From assembly GCA_964493335.1 (NCBI GenBank), contig CAZBNV010000006.1:1944-65943 (forward strand): 64,000 nucleotides of DNA, written 5' to 3'. Shown in pieces: positions 42,347 to 51,269 of this stretch; within the stretch, counting starts at the first letter, position 1, and the number at the start of each line of letters is the position of its first letter. The position numbers and the translations under genes were made by a program. This stretch comes from an uncultured Nitrospira sp. (GTDB lineage Bacteria; Nitrospirota; Nitrospiria; Nitrospirales; Nitrospiraceae). Under the pieces are notes generated by a model, which did not search any database, was not told the DNA's origin, and saw only the letters and a program-made list of their open reading frames with translations.

Positions 42347-44098
42347 TCACACCACTTCCCGAATTTTATTTTCAACCACGGTTTTCATCAGTGCCCATCG
42401 ATCTTCGGTTCCTCGAGCAACCGCTTTCACGAATTGCCAGGCCTGCGCGGTCGTAATCTTGCCTGGTAACGGAGGTTCGAATGGATCGATGACCGCTTGG
42501 ACGACGACCGGACCGGGAATGGCGAAGGCCTGCTGCAAGACGTTTCTGACCTGACGGGGATCTTCGACCGTGAGTCCGGCCGCACCGCAGGATTGAGCAA
42601 AAAGGGCGAAATCGATCGGTTGCAGTTCTACTCCGTATTGAGGGTTTCCTTCAAACGCCAACTGTTCCCACTTGATCATACCGAGGAGGTTGTTTTTCAG
42701 GACGATGATTTTCACAGGAATTGCGTATTTCACCAGAGTAGCCAATTCTCCCATCAACATGGTGAATCCGCCGTCCCCTGCAATACATACGATTTGTCGG
42801 CCTGGATAGGCCACGCCGGCTGCGAGACTGTAGGGGAGGCCGTTCCCCATCGACGCCAAGGTGCCGGAGACAGAAAATTCCATGTCGCCCTTCATGCGGA
42901 TATGACGAGCGGCCCACGTCGTGACCGTGCCGGTATCACAACACACAATGGCATCGTCCGCGAGAAATTCATTCAGGGCGCGCACCACCACTTGGGGTTT
43001 CAGTGGAGCGTCCATACGCGTGCCGCGCTCTTCCATCAACTCATTCCACTGTCGCATCTTGTGTTGCGCAGCTTCGAGAAAGCTGCGATCGGATTTCTTT
43101 TCCAAGAGAGGCAGCAGGGCGCGAAGCACATCCCAACAATGTCCCACCAGTCCGACTTCAACCGGATACCGTAGGCCGATCCGACCCGCATCGAGATCGA
43201 TCTGTACGGCGCGGGCCTGCCCCGGTTTTGGATAGAATTCCAAATAGGGGAAGCTGCTGCCGGCGATGATGAGGGTATCGCATTCTTCCAGCACTTCCTG
43301 TGAAGGAGCGGTGCCGAGCAGGCCGATCCCTCCGGTGGTGAGGGGATGATCATCCGGCACCAAGCCCTTCCCGAGCAGCGGCTTGACGATCGGGGCGCCG
43401 AGCAGTTCGGCCAGTTGCAGGATATCCTTTTTCGCACCCAGGCACCCGCGTCCGGCGAGGATCGCAATTTTTGATCCGGCATTGATGAGGGTCGCGGCCT
43501 TGTCGAGTAACGTGCGTGAGGGCAGAGGCAGGGGATCGCTATAGAGGTCGCCGCTATGCCGGGGAATGTTGGCCTTGGAGCGTTCATCGTCCGCACTCCA
43601 ATCCTGTATATCCTTGGGAATGGTGATGTGCGCCACTGTGCGCCTCGAAATGGCCGTCTTGATCGCCATGTCGACCACGTTGCCGACATGGGCCGGGCCC
43701 ATGACCCGCTCACTGTAGGCGGCCACATCGCTGAAGAGCTTATTCAGATCCACATCCTGTTGGTAATGCGTACCGCTTAAGTCGTGGAACGTGTGCCCCG
43801 TGATCGCCAACACTGGTTGCCCGTCGCACTTGGCATCGTATAAACCGTTTAGAAGGTGAATGCCGCCGGGGCCGGATGTCGCCAGGCAGACCCCGAGACG
43901 CCGGGTAAACTTGGCATAACCGCAAGCAGCGAGGGCGGCGGATTCTTCATGCCGCACCAGAATGAGTTGGATGGTGTCTTGCCGCGTGCGTAGTGCCTCA
44001 TAGATCCCGTTGATCCCGTCCCCCGGCAGGCTGAACACCGTATCCACGCCCCAATCAATCAAGCGCTCTATCAAAATATCGGCCACGGTCTTCGACAT
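42347..44098 (-). CDS. poxB: Thiamine-diphosphate/FAD pyruvate oxidase (PoxB-like pyruvate:quinone oxidoreductase)
   Basis: The N-terminal TPP-Pyr domain (VRHEESAALAACGYAK...ATSGPGGIHLLNGLYDA), the central FAD domain and the C-terminal TPP motif GDGGF...N resemble E. coli PoxB. Confidence 0.8.
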   Translation of the reverse strand: MSKTVADILIERLIDWGVDTVFSLPGDGINGIYEALRTRQDTIQLILVRHEESAALAACGYAKFTRRLGVCLATSGPGGIHLLNGLYDAKCDGQPVLAITGHTFHDLSGTHYQQDVDLNKLFSDVAAYSERVMGPAHVGNVVDMAIKTAISRRTVAHITIPKDIQDWSADDERSKANIPRHSGDLYSDPLPLPSRTLLDKAATLINAGSKIAILAGRGCLGAKKDILQLAELLGAPIVKPLLGKGLVPDDHPLTTGGIGLLGTAPSQEVLEECDTLIIAGSSFPYLEFYPKPGQARAVQIDLDAGRIGLRYPVEVGLVGHCWDVLRALLPLLEKKSDRSFLEAAQHKMRQWNELMEERGTRMDAPLKPQVVVRALNEFLADDAIVCCDTGTVTTWAARHIRMKGDMEFSVSGTLASMGNGLPYSLAAGVAYPGRQIVCIAGDGGFTMLMGELATLVKYAIPVKIIVLKNNLLGMIKWEQLAFEGNPQYGVELQPIDFALFAQSCGAAGLTVEDPRQVRNVLQQAFAIPGPVVVQAVIDPFEPPLPGKITTAQAWQFVKAVARGTEDRWALMKTVVENKIREVV

Positions 44099-44108
44099 AA
44101 GACTCCCT

Positions 44109-45296
44109 TCACGAGCGAATAGAGGATGGCGTCTGAGCGGCGTTGCGCGTGAGCCTGGGGATGAGCAACTCCTGGACGAGAATTTTTAGACAGGCGGCGA
44201 CGGGGATGGCGAGCAAAAGACCATAGAAGCCGCCGAGCGCGCCGCCGATGAAGACGACGATCAGTACGGTAACCGCATTCATCTCCATCGACTGGCTCTG
44301 TACCCAGGGCGTGAGCAGCCAGCTTTCAATGAACTGTACCGCCAGATAGGCCAGGGAAGGCCATACCACGATTGCCATGAGGTCGAAACCATGTGTTCCG
44401 CTAGACAAAACATCGAGATATTTGAGCAGGACGGCTAGCGGCCAGCCTATCAACGAGGCGTAAGGAATGATGGTAAGAATGCCGGTGATCAGCCCGAGCA
44501 AGAACCAATACCGTATGCCGGTGAGTGCCCATCCGAGCGAGTACAGAATGGCTGACACCAGGGCGATCATGAGCCGACCTCGGAAGAAACCGCTCAACGC
44601 TTCGTCCATCCGTCGCGTGATCCGTTGGACCTGCGGGCGATACTGGGTCGGAACATACCGTTTGAGGGTGGTGAGGGCACTGTCGAATTGCCAGGCGAAG
44701 AAGAAGAAATAGATGGGGATCAGGGTGAGCGCCAGGACAATGGCCGTTGTCGTGCCGATGACGGCTCCCAGCATGCCGAATGCCTGCCCGGTGCTAGAAA
44801 AGATCGGTCTTAGGATGGAGAGGGGATCCTCCTTGAGACTCGTGGCGATCGTCGACAGGGGTTCGGAAAAATCGCCGAGACTGACGTGATACCGCTGCGC
44901 GATATTTTGCAAATATCCCGGCACCCGTTCCGCGAGCGATTGCACTTGCTCGGCAAGCAAGGGCCCTAACCAGGTGACGAGCCCTCCGAGGGTGAGGGCA
45001 GAGAGAAAGAGGACGATGGATATCGTCACGGGACGGGGAACCTTCCATTGCCGCTCCGCATGTCTGATCAAGGGATTAAAGAGATAGGCCAAGAGCAAGG
45101 CGATGAGGACGGGGGTAAAGACTCCGCGTAAGTAGTAGCCGAACCACATAAGGAAAACGATAGCTCCCACCCACAACACATCTCTGATGAGCGTGATTTC
45201 CCACAGGTGGCGATCGGTGGGAGGAACCGCAGATGTCGCCTTCCGTGGCACAGCCGTTTCGTCATCGGTCAGCATATCGGCATAATCGGGTTTCAT
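44109..45296 (-). CDS. AI-2E family transporter (PerM/UPF0118)
   Basis: 395 aa with about 8 TM helices and the characteristic FTPVLIALLLAYLFNPL and LLAIPVAA segments. Confidence 0.85.
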   Translation of the reverse strand: MKPDYADMLTDDETAVPRKATSAVPPTDRHLWEITLIRDVLWVGAIVFLMWFGYYLRGVFTPVLIALLLAYLFNPLIRHAERQWKVPRPVTISIVLFLSALTLGGLVTWLGPLLAEQVQSLAERVPGYLQNIAQRYHVSLGDFSEPLSTIATSLKEDPLSILRPIFSSTGQAFGMLGAVIGTTTAIVLALTLIPIYFFFFAWQFDSALTTLKRYVPTQYRPQVQRITRRMDEALSGFFRGRLMIALVSAILYSLGWALTGIRYWFLLGLITGILTIIPYASLIGWPLAVLLKYLDVLSSGTHGFDLMAIVVWPSLAYLAVQFIESWLLTPWVQSQSMEMNAVTVLIVVFIGGALGGFYGLLLAIPVAACLKILVQELLIPRLTRNAAQTPSSIRS

Positions 45297-45341
45297 ATCA
45301 CTGTCCAGTCCCTGCCATGTATCCTGGTGTTAAGAGCCGGC

Positions 45342-45734
45342 TCAGCGGCTCTGGTTACGCGGGACGCGAAGCGCTGATGAGGCCCCGAGTGCCCCCGGAA
45401 GTCCTAGAGAGAGAATGTCGCTCCGGCTGCCCTCGACCACATTATCCAGGTACATCTGGAGCAAGGATAGGGCGTCGGACGGCGGGACTGTGCGAAGGTA
45501 CGACATGAGTTCCAGTATCACCTGCTCGAGCGGGAACAATCCCAGGAAGGTGGTCAAGAATAGCAACGCCGGGAACAGCGCCAGCAAAAAATAATAGGCC
45601 AGCTGTGCAGCACGACCCGGGATCTCGTCCTTCTGACCTTCTTGCCAGAGACGCTGTCCGAGGTCTTTCCGTCCTAGCCCACCGAGCTTCCAGGGGTTCC
45701 AGCACGGGGAGGGACTTGTCAGGGAAGCGGGCAC
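45342..45734 (-). pseudogene. Truncated YihY/BrkB-family membrane protein (N-terminal about 130 aa only)
   Basis: The signature GRAAQLAYYFLLALFPALLFL is present, but the ORF stops after ...LSLGLPGALGASSALR. Only 45 nt remain before the next gene, and full-length members are about 280-300 aa. Confidence 0.6.
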
Positions 45735-45925
45735 AAGGTCCTCTCTCAGGAGAGTGCGTCGGAGATAAGCGTGATTGGGTGGCAGAAACTCCCATTAGGC
45801 CTGACCGCTTACCCCGTGATCTCTGGCTGACCATCGAGGAATCGTCGTTGGTGGCACATCTATGAACCTCAGTGCCAGCCTCGATATGATTCGCGTACTG
45901 CTCCCGAGAGCAGGATATTGGCTCG

Positions 45926-46642
45926 TTATGTTGCTGCTGTGGTTGCGCGATCCCGTGGCTCATTGCTCTGGTGATCCGCCGGAGAAGATGCTCGCGCGCC
46001 GGCTGACCCCTTTTCGCTATCGGGCTGAGATGACGCATTGAGTCCAAAAGAACGCGCGATCTCCGGCACCATCTTGCGTGCTAATTCCACCATCAAAGAG
46101 CGACCCACCTGCAGCAGGACGGTTTTAGCCTGCTCAGCCTCTTGGCTGAATTCGCGCGACATGCTGTCCCACACGCTTGTTTGAGATCGAGCTGTTTGTG
46201 TTGTCCGCGACTGTGATCCCGTAGGATAGTAGTCATAGACGCCATCCGCTTTATCGGTGGCGGCTCCAGCTTGGCGGGCGGATTCCGGCATGACCCGCGA
46301 TGCTCGAGCCCCTGCGGGATAGTAAGGATAGACGCCACTGCGCTGAGATCGCGACCGTGACTCCATCAATCCGACGGCAAAACCAGCGCAAATGGCCCCG
46401 CCCAGCATGAGCCATGGGTACTCATCGACTTTGTGGATTGGATCTAATGCCGATTTGGTTTTATCGACCATCTGGTTGACCGTCTCAGTCGTCTCCTCCA
46501 GCATGCGCGAAAATTTCATTGTCGCTCCCTCCGCCGTATCGATTATACGTTGTTCCAACAACTCGAGTTTCTCGGCAATGGCGACTCGCGTGTCGACGAT
46601 GTCCTTCACGTCCTGGTCGATAGTAGTTGTTCTTTGATCCAT
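45926..46642 (-). CDS. Hypothetical coiled-coil protein with a central TM helix
   Basis: AAGGAAG lies 7 nt before ATG 46642. A helical N-terminus is followed by the TM helix YPWLMLGGAICAGFAVGLM and a Ser/Gln-rich tail. Confidence 0.6.
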   Translation of the reverse strand: MDQRTTTIDQDVKDIVDTRVAIAEKLELLEQRIIDTAEGATMKFSRMLEETTETVNQMVDKTKSALDPIHKVDEYPWLMLGGAICAGFAVGLMESRSRSQRSGVYPYYPAGARASRVMPESARQAGAATDKADGVYDYYPTGSQSRTTQTARSQTSVWDSMSREFSQEAEQAKTVLLQVGRSLMVELARKMVPEIARSFGLNASSQPDSEKGSAGARASSPADHQSNEPRDRATTAAT

Positions 46643-47013
46643 TGGGCATCTTCCTTTATGGAATGAACGGTACGGAATGGCCAAAGCCGGAGACTGGATC
46701 CTATCTTGGCCAGGTTGTACAAAAAGATGCCGCTCAGCGAGGCGGCGATGACTGCGACGAGTCCATAACACGACCACAACGGCATACCGGTGTAGGCCTG
46801 AAGAATATGCACCAGCATGACCAACAACAGGCCGATGGCCATCAAAATCAGCATGCTGCCGAGGGCGGCATGGATCAGCCCGATTACGACCTTCCGCAGT
46901 TCGAGCTGCATCTCGTGCTGAGCTAGTCGTACCTCCTGCGACACAAGTCGCCGCAGATCGGCCACCAGGCCTGTCGCTAAGGCAGCAATTGAAATGGGAT
47001 GCGGATTATCCAT
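46606..47013 (-). CDS. Holin-X/DUF1469 family membrane protein (E. coli YqjE-like)
   Basis: ATG 47013 follows an AAAGGAA SD. Two TM helices are flanked by LVADLRRLVSQEVRLAQHEMQLEL, which is typical of the family. Confidence 0.7.
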   Translation of the reverse strand: MDNPHPISIAALATGLVADLRRLVSQEVRLAQHEMQLELRKVVIGLIHAALGSMLILMAIGLLLVMLVHILQAYTGMPLWSCYGLVAVIAASLSGIFLYNLAKIGSSLRLWPFRTVHSIKEDAQWIKEQLLSTRT

Positions 47014-47041
47014 AACGGTTCCTTTTTTCCGTACTCGCGAC

Positions 47042-47383
47042 TCAATCAGGACGGAGGCGCGAGAGTAAGTACCCGCACCCCAATCCAAGCAATAGGGTTT
47101 GTAGAGGATAGCGCCGAATGAGAACTTCGAGATCTTCGACGATGCCGCTCATGCCTTCTTTTTGCAAATAGTCGGCGGTATGCTTGACTCCGCGGGACAT
47201 TGCAGCCGCTGCCTCGCCCACGGTTCCGCTTTCCGGCAACCGCCGGCGAAAGTTTTCAGCCGCAGATCCTAGCGCGTCGCCGGCTTGCTCGCTTAGGCCC
47301 TCGGCAGACTCGACGGTGTCTTTCGCGGCTTGTTTCAGCGTCGATCCGACCGATTCTTCCATGCTTAGTTTCTCCCGCTCCAT
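47042..47383 (-). CDS. DUF883 (ElaB/YqjD-like) tail-anchored stress protein
   Basis: GGGAGG SD. A helical, Ala/Glu-rich N-terminus and the C-terminal anchor YPLQTLLLGLGCGYLLSRL. Confidence 0.7.
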   Translation of the reverse strand: MEREKLSMEESVGSTLKQAAKDTVESAEGLSEQAGDALGSAAENFRRRLPESGTVGEAAAAMSRGVKHTADYLQKEGMSGIVEDLEVLIRRYPLQTLLLGLGCGYLLSRLRPD

Positions 47384-47492
47384 GTGATGCCTCCCGTTAC
47401 AGACAAGGTTCCGGCACGAGTAGTGCTGCGGTGTTGTTTCGATTGGTTTTCATCGTACAGTCAGAGACTAGCGCGATCGACGGCTTTCCTAC

Positions 47493-47510
47493 ACTGGGCA
47501 AAGCCCTAGA
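47493..47510 (-). promoter_or_regulatory. CTAG-palindrome box upstream of the ElaB-like operon
   Basis: ACTGGG-CAAAGC-CCTAGA. On the minus strand it is followed after 22 nt by TAGTCT (47465-47470). Confidence 0.65.
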
Positions 47511-47682
47511 CGCCATGGGGCTGCAAGGCTTCGATGACCTGACATTGAAAGCCTTCGACTCCATAAGTTTTGGACTGACTTGTTGAACGCATCGTGAGAG
47601 ATTTAGAGCATCTGAAAATGTTCCGAGACCGCGAACGGCGAATCGTAGCGGCGGGAATTCATGTGCCGAAATTCCTCCCCAA

Positions 47683-48111
47683 TTATTCCGAATGTTCTGA
47701 CGGGATCGTCGCGAGTAGTGGAAACATGTCGCGTTCCTCCGCCAGGAAATGCGCGCGCACCGTCTGCATCATGTCTTCAAAAAATTCGTCAAATGCCTGG
47801 TCATCGTCGGTTTCGGCTTGCTGCAACTCGGTCATCATGGCCTTGACCTCGTCATGTTCGAGCAACGCTTCCTGCACGAGGTGTCGACCCTGTTCGCTTC
47901 CGCTTCGGATCTCTCCGTACAGAAGTGTTTCTTCCGCCTGGAAATGCGAGGCGAGCTGCTCCAGAATTTGATCGACAATGGGCTTTCGGGCATCGGCTTC
48001 AGCGGTCAGATACAGCTGAAACAATGCCAAAATGTGCCGGTGTTCATCACGGACCATTTTTTGAACATCGCTGACTCCTCGGGACTTTCCAGAGTCTCTT
48101 TTGGGGATCAT
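47683..48111 (-). CDS. Hemerythrin-like (HHE cation-binding) domain protein
   Basis: GGGAGG SD. His/Glu ligand pattern: EHRHIL, HFQAEE, EHDEVK, HFLAEERDMFP. Confidence 0.8.
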   Translation of the reverse strand: MIPKRDSGKSRGVSDVQKMVRDEHRHILALFQLYLTAEADARKPIVDQILEQLASHFQAEETLLYGEIRSGSEQGRHLVQEALLEHDEVKAMMTELQQAETDDDQAFDEFFEDMMQTVRAHFLAEERDMFPLLATIPSEHSE

Positions 48112-48187
48112 TGAATTGCCTCCCTCGATGGTCGATGGTGGCCTGTTGGTTATAAAGAAAATTTAGCAGCTTGAAATGGGGGTGCTA

Positions 48188-48205
48188 ACTGGGCAAGACC
48201 CTAAT
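48188..48205 (-). promoter_or_regulatory. CTAG-palindrome box (degenerate) upstream of the hemerythrin gene
   Basis: ACTGGG-CAAGAC-CCTAAT. On the minus strand it is followed after 22 nt by TAAATT (48160-48165), leaving a leader of about 42 nt. Confidence 0.6.
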
Positions 48206-48426
48206 AGTCTCAATGGGAGAAAAAGGAAGAAGGTGAGCTAGATACGCCCCATAAGCATCAGAACTACCTTGACCAATAGCAAAGTACTCATGAATCCACT
48301 GGATAGTAGCGCCAGTTGCGGCTGTAGGGCCGGGTGGGAAGCGCGCCAACCAGAAACTTGTTCAGTACGAGCTTTCCCTTGGTGAGGCTGCGCAGGCTCA
48401 CGCCTGTCGCAGCCCCCGACCAGGGT

Positions 48427-49905
48427 TTACCGAGTTTCCTGTCTTGACGACGCACGCGCCCCATTATCCTCAACCGTAATGTTGCCGTGGGCACTCGCGG
48501 TTCCCTGAAGCAAAATCGTAGCGATCCAGGCTTGGGGAGTCGAGTGCGCTTGATCGGGTTGTTGGCCCGTGACGAGGATGTCCGTCGTCACGGTGCCTAC
48601 CGTGTGTTTCCCTGTAATTGCCTGCTTCATCTGATCAATTTGCGAGGAGAAGTCCATGGTGATAGCCTGGCGGAGTTTGGTTTTCAATTCTCTGTCGACC
48701 GTTTGCCAATAGCCCACGCGTATAGAGTCGAGCGCTGTCCTTGATTCATTGGCCATCTGCAGGTCCGGAACTGATAAGGTTTTTCCATTATCATCCAGCC
48801 GGGGAGTCCCCCAGTAATAGATGGTTCCCTTCAGATCACTGCCGGTCTCGACCGCCAGTAAGATACGACCGTTCGCATCTGCAGCCGTGACGCGTTCAAT
48901 GATGGCGCTTTCTGATCCCGCGCTATCCAGAACCAGCGTTTGATGAAACAGTTTGCTTTGGAGTTGGTGGCTGAGTGTGGCATAGGACAGGGGAATTTTT
49001 GCTAAGATCATGAACGGCTTGGAGTCGCGCGCGGGAGTTCCTGCATTCACGAGCGCCGTCGTCGGTGGCGCTTCTGTGCAGGATGGCTCGAGGTTGATCA
49101 TCGGCATCTGTCGAGCAAATCCCGAGATGATCGTCTCCTGGGTCGTCCCTTGCTGCTGGCCCAGCATCACCTCTCGCGGATTTCCGTACAAACATGCACG
49201 GGTGTTGAGGGCCGAAATGGGGACCGATAGGGGACCTCCTAGGTCATCCCATAAACGTTGAAATGGAATGTTGAATGTGTCCGGTTGAACAGACTCCGCC
49301 AAGGCGGTCTTCACTTCGGATAGGGAGAACAATTCTGGTAACTGATCTTTCACGGGGATGTTGAACATGTTGCACCGCGCGTCGCTTTCCGGCTTCAGGC
49401 CGACTGTGACTTGTGCAGGCTCAAAACCAAATGCGACGGATTCGCGGTCCTGCAGCAACACCAATTTCCCTGTCGCATCCAAAGTGGAATAGACGGGATC
49501 GAGTCGACAGGTCCTTGCCCCGCCGCGCGTTTCGATATCCCCTTTATACTCGGCATGAACCGCGACAAGGCCATCCTGTATGCGGACTTGGGGTTGGCCA
49601 TTGCGAACAAATGTCCACCGGAAATCTTTCTCCAGTGCATGTCCCGCTTCCGTGAACCGTTCGGGAATCGCGTCCCGAACCGCAGATTGAACCGGCGTAA
49701 GGTCGGTCTTGATCTGTAGCGGCACCTGGGAGAGCGGCGCCTTGGGCGGTTCCTTGTTCATGGCTGCGAAGGAAGGCACGGCGCTGGCAATGGGAGGCGG
49801 AACCGGTTTGGATGCAGCCTGGGGAATGGTATGGCTGCACGCGCCAGTTATCAGAACGATGGGCAGTAGCGCCAGTATGATGGATCTCGAACGGTGTTGC
49901 ATCAT
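48427..49905 (-). CDS. Large lipoprotein of unknown function
   Basis: GGGAGG precedes ATGATG at 49905/49902. Signal with lipobox LITGAC. About 490 aa, beta-rich. I cannot name a family with confidence. Confidence 0.7.
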   Translation of the reverse strand: MMQHRSRSIILALLPIVLITGACSHTIPQAASKPVPPPIASAVPSFAAMNKEPPKAPLSQVPLQIKTDLTPVQSAVRDAIPERFTEAGHALEKDFRWTFVRNGQPQVRIQDGLVAVHAEYKGDIETRGGARTCRLDPVYSTLDATGKLVLLQDRESVAFGFEPAQVTVGLKPESDARCNMFNIPVKDQLPELFSLSEVKTALAESVQPDTFNIPFQRLWDDLGGPLSVPISALNTRACLYGNPREVMLGQQQGTTQETIISGFARQMPMINLEPSCTEAPPTTALVNAGTPARDSKPFMILAKIPLSYATLSHQLQSKLFHQTLVLDSAGSESAIIERVTAADANGRILLAVETGSDLKGTIYYWGTPRLDDNGKTLSVPDLQMANESRTALDSIRVGYWQTVDRELKTKLRQAITMDFSSQIDQMKQAITGKHTVGTVTTDILVTGQQPDQAHSTPQAWIATILLQGTASAHGNITVEDNGARASSRQETR

Positions 49906-50022
49906 GAGCCTCCCAGACATCTCACATGCGGGGTCTCGCTCATGACGCGCTACCGCCACCTTGCACGCGCTCCGTGCAGGACCGCAGTCCGGAGCGAGAC
50001 CCTCGCTGTACAAATCAGAGCC

Positions 50023-50331
50023 TTACGGCTGCTGGATTTGCAGGTTGTTGTTCACAGTTCTCACGCCCTTGACCTCGCGTGCCATTTCCGCGACTCGAAT
50101 CTTTTGATCGGCAGATTTCACGACTCCGTTCAGAGTCACGACACCGCGTTCCGTGTCGACGTCGATGCGGGAAAAATTGGACAAGCGATCGGAAGATAAT
50201 TTGGACTGCACTGAGGCGGTGATGGTCGCATCGTCCATGGTCTGTCCGGCGGTCTTTCCGGTCGTGGACTGGCAACCCGCGATCGAGAGACATGTGACGG
50301 CAAGAGCGATGCAAGCGAATCGGCTGATCAT
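50023..50331 (-). CDS. BON-domain lipoprotein (OsmY-like)
   Basis: AGGAGA SD and lipobox SIAGC. The BON domain reads DDATITASVQSKL...IDVDTERGVVTLNGVV...A..V.GV..V.N.L. Confidence 0.85.
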   Translation of the reverse strand: MISRFACIALAVTCLSIAGCQSTTGKTAGQTMDDATITASVQSKLSSDRLSNFSRIDVDTERGVVTLNGVVKSADQKIRVAEMAREVKGVRTVNNNLQIQQP

Positions 50332-50376
50332 AGTTGTTCTCCTGTATAAGGGTGTGTCGTAATTAAATTCTCGGGA

Positions 50377-50703
50377 CTAGCCCCGTCGGGAAACCGCTTC
50401 AGTGGATGCCTTTTCTGCCGTCTGCTTCGTCTCATCGACGAACTCGCGAGCGGCTCGCCCCGCATTGCGCAATGCTTGTTTTCCACCTTCGACATATTCC
50501 TGACCCCGCTCGACAGCGGTATCCCAGGCCGCACGTCCTTGCTCAGTGGCTTCGTCGAGTTCATCCTTCGCCCTCGATGCGTAATCGCGCAGAGAAGAGC
50601 GAAGCTCTGATCCCGATTGAGGCGCCAATAGCAAAGCTACGCCGGCACCGATGAATGCGCCCGCCAAAAACGCCGACCAATTGGAAGAATCTTGTGTCTG
50701 CAT
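50377..50703 (-). CDS. YtxH-domain general stress protein
   Basis: AAGGAGG SD. The N-terminal helix FLAGAFIGAGVALLLAPQSGSELR is the YtxH signature, followed by a helical tail. Confidence 0.85.
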   Translation of the reverse strand: MQTQDSSNWSAFLAGAFIGAGVALLLAPQSGSELRSSLRDYASRAKDELDEATEQGRAAWDTAVERGQEYVEGGKQALRNAGRAAREFVDETKQTAEKASTEAVSRRG

Positions 50704-50816
50704 AACTCGACCTCCTTATTCTCACCCACACGTGCGATGGTTTGACTGCGCTGTTTTGGCCTACCGGTTCGACAGCTGTTTGCAAACACAGTCTAGCAAC
50801 ATGTCGGAAATCTCTA

Positions 50817-50834
50817 ACTAGGCAAGGCCCTAGT
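50817..50834 (-). promoter_or_regulatory. CTAG-palindrome box upstream of the ytxH-BON-lipoprotein unit
   Basis: ACTAGG-CAAGGC-CCTAGT is a perfect inverted repeat. On the minus strand it is followed after 21 nt by TAGACT (50790-50795). Confidence 0.7.
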
Positions 50835-51269
50835 CATGATAATTTCCAACCCGCCGGGAGCCTGTAGGCGCCTTGTCACATGCCGAGAGTGTTGATCGGA
50901 GGGTCATACGGCCGGGATGGCTGAACAAAGTACAATACTAAATTTGAGCATGGAGTCACCCCCAGCCACTCAGTGCCTGACCACTCCCACATGCCCGCGT
51001 GCGCGAGCGAGACTGTTTGCCAGTGGGTTCTTATGGCTGCTCGCAGAAGTGCCATTCGGCATGGAATAGGCGGATCCAAGGCCGTGATCTTTGAGTTGAT
51101 CCGTTCGATGAAGTATGGGAGGATTGCCCGCACAGAATCGATGGGCTCCGATGCCAGCTAGATGGCTCCGCATCGTCAGTGCCATCGAGGGCAATTACAG
51201 AATGGCTCTACGGAAATACGTGTACTTCACACAGGCTGATTGATTGACTCAGCAGAGGGAGAGGAGCCG

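Noticed and set aside
49226-49243. An intragenic CTAG-box-like sequence, GATAGGggacctCCTAGG, inside the lipoprotein gene.
   Set aside because: No TAnnnT hexamer lies 21-23 nt away in either orientation, and the sequence is within coding DNA. It is probably a chance match.
12456-50834. The CTAG palindrome interpreted as an SOS (LexA) box or as the -35 element of an alternative sigma factor.
   Set aside because: It does not match any LexA consensus I know, such as CTGT-N8-ACAG or GAAC-N4-GTTC. It also sits upstream of the core promoter rather than over it. A 21-23 nt gap to the -10 is too long for a -35 element, and the dyad symmetry points to a dimeric factor. Neither alternative is formally excluded.
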